Below are positions 61,455-64,000 of a stretch of DNA of 64,000 bases, piece by piece (within the stretch, counting starts at the first letter, position 1; the number at the start of each line of letters is the position of its first letter). Where the stretch lies: the NCBI RefSeq assembly GCF_009914755.1, contig NC_060929.1. The stretch is one strand, 5' to 3'. Source of the stretch: the human T2T-CHM13v2.0 reference genome, Homo sapiens. The notes below the pieces were generated by a model. It did not search any database. It was given only the letters and a program-made list of their open reading frames with translations, and was not told where the DNA came from. Both the position numbers and the translations under genes were made by a program.

Positions 61455-62140
61455 TCACCTGTTTTTCTTCTAAAAACAATCTTCTATTTATCAGAATAAT
61501 ATCAAGCTCTATAGCTAGTTCACCAAACTGAAAACAGATGGTTTTTATAATAGAGGCATTGATGCATATTAACAGCAGTAGCCCAAATAGTGTGTTATAA
61601 ATGTGGCTTATGTTTATCAACATAAAGGTTTGGTGATTTCATTATAGTTTCTAGTCAGTCCCTTTTGTAACTCATTAAAAAGGTCTGTCTGACCCCATTG
61701 TGGAGTATTCTTACAACTGTATATGACTTCACTAAGATGTTTTCATTAGTAAAATAACTGAGACATTGGAAATATTGTAAAAATAATAAGTTAGCTAGAA
61801 GAAAGGAAAATGAGTCAAAGCCAATGTGAGAATTTAGTCACCCATATAAGGGATTGTTTAGATCAAACAGGTATGATAAAGATGCTGCTAACGATGGAAT
61901 TTAAAAACTTTATTGAGCTCTCTTTGTATAACATACCTTTGATTCATAAACTGGAAGGTTAGTCTTGACAACATTTTGATATGACATTAGATTTTAACTA
62001 GAAAATAAAAGAATTGAGCATAATTATTCATAACTAATAAAATTATATTTTTCCTTTTTCAAATTAGTTTAAGGACTGCCATTTTACACCCATAAACAAA
62101 TAAAAGTTTTCAGGATCTGCTTTTCCGTTCTTCACTTCAC

Positions 62141-62178
62141 TGTGCTTGGATTCCCTCCATTGTGCTTGGATTCCCTCC
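62141..62178. repeat. 20-bp-period tandem duplication
   Basis: tgtgcttggattccctcc at 62141 and 62161. Confidence 0.95.
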
Positions 62179-63549
62179 CTCTTATATTCTTTCTTTATAT
62201 GCTTATGAGAGAACAAAAATTCTAAGTGTGTAAAATAGCTGACTGTAAATGAGGTATTACCATCTTGGGGAAAGGCTTATCATCCTAGATTTTGGTTCAT
62301 TGGCCACCTTCCAGGCTTCCTACTAAATTATTGGCAGCAAAGCACTAATGTGCCTCCCAGCCAACAAGTGATACCAACCTATGTCTTTTCTTTTAGGGGT
62401 AGAAAATAGTCAAAATTTTAAACTCTAGAATTCTCAAACTATAAATCTGGGTCAGGTTTGTAGCCAGCAAAATGAAATTTGTAGGTACTGTTTAAATTGT
62501 CTAAAAGCTAACATGTTCAGGAACATTTTGGGCAATGTAAACTTAAATGAATGAATAAATAAACCAACAAATTTAGATCTTTAATTTTAGTAAGGCTAAT
62601 TGTTATTGGTAACATTTGATAGTGTCCTTTGAGAAACTGATACTGAAGAAACAAAAAAAATTTAATGATTACTTTCTTCTTTCTAGAATGTATTATTATA
62701 GATGATTTTAAATGATATTTGGTTTTTGAAAATTATGAAATAAGGTATGTGAAACCTCCAAATAAATTGTTGTAGCAACAAGAAATTAATGCTATTTTGG
62801 AACTATAGTAGCTTGATAACCTTTTATAATGTATTTTAAAAAAATTAATATGTGGAGTAGGCTTATAAAATTGTATTTTTTCCCAACATGATGAAAACCT
62901 ATTTTTATCCCATTAATAGGCATGAATGTTGGAATCAGAGACTTATTTAACAGAAGTCTTTGGCTATTAATGAATAAACTATAAAATGTGATGGGGTTCG
63001 AGTCATGTGCTCTCTTCAGAGTGAAAAATGCTATGACTTAACCCTAATCTCTGTGATCATCCTGTTTTTCCTGTAAAAATTCCATTTTTTTTTTCTCCTT
63101 CCAACAGTATTCCACAAAGTAGGTGAAACCTTTCTCTGGCTTCCTTCTCAATGTATGACCTAACTGCATAAAAATTTTTATCAATTGTTCATAACTTTTA
63201 AATTTATTTTTTGGCTAGCTAACTTGTTGTTAAGGTGAGATTTTTTTCCATATAGGAGACCCATTATATTCAGAGATTTATTTTTTTTAATTTTTGAGAA
63301 TTTGAGGACACTGTACCAACTTACACTTTTAGTATGCTATGAAGTATGAAGCTACTTCCTATGGTAGAGAAAATGGAATTGGAGGCTTTCAGGGTAAATG
63401 TTTTCAATGTAGTAGATTGTGTATATTTCAAATCCTAGAAGACCAATGAAAGTTGAGTGAAAATAATGACACATTACCCCAGATGCATAAGGAGCATAAA
63501 AGTTCTCAAATACGTTTTCCACAGAGCAGTCTTCCCACTAGATATTGAT

Positions 63550-64000
63550 TGTTTGATTGTTCCTCAAGTTAAACATTGAATTACCATGGGAACTAGCAAT
63601 TCCACTCCTAGGTATATACAAAAATTCAAACAGATACTTAAATGCCTGTACACAAATGTTCGTAGCTTCACTATTTACAATAGCCAAAAGGCAAAAAACA
63701 ACCCAATCATCTATCAATGGATGAATGAGTAAACAAAATATGGTATATACATACAATGGAACATTGTTCAGCCATAAAAAGGATGAAGTACTAATTTATA
63801 CTTGCTGCCACATGGATGAACCTGTGAACATGTTATCCTAAGTAAAGAAGCCAGACACAAAAGGGGACGTATTGTATGATTCCATTTATATGAAATATCC
63901 AGATCAAGTAAATTCACTGATAGAGAAGCAAATTGCCAGGGTTAGGGGAGGGAAGAAAACAGTGTGGCTGCTTAATAGTTATAGGTTTTTCTGTTGGGGT
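63550..64000 (+). mobile_element. Ancient L1M (L1MB/MC-like) 3' region
   Basis: agcaattccactcctaggtatatac...cagccataaaaaggatgaagtac...atgattccatttatatgaaatatccag. Confidence 0.8.

Overview
Primate (very probably human) genomic DNA centred on the head-to-head ERCC8 (CSA) / NDUFAF2 (mimitin) locus. The only protein-coding sequence I can support is ERCC8 coding exon 1 (minus strand, 9399-9323) and NDUFAF2 coding exon 1 (plus strand, 9647-9773). Their ATGs lie 247 bp apart across a CpG-island bidirectional promoter. Positions 1-9322 are ERCC8 intron 1 and 9774-64000 are NDUFAF2 intron 1; I recognise no further exon of either gene. The introns are dominated by L1, Alu, L2, MIR, MaLR/ERVL/ERV1 LTR and DNA-transposon relics, many nested and with readable target-site duplications (TSDs). 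Almost all entries in the ORF track are repeat-derived noise. I see no new gene family. The most interesting signal is the promoter: a dyad-symmetric CCAAT core, and a strong-Kozak, out-of-frame upstream ATG overlapping the main CDS in both genes. Other candidates are an exonic MYC E-box, an intronic G-quadruplex duplication, an old ~165-bp inverted duplication, CTCF motifs, cryptic or recursive splice sites and a 12.9-kb nested L1. Repeat subfamily names come from recall of consensus sequences, and repeat boundaries without a TSD are approximate.
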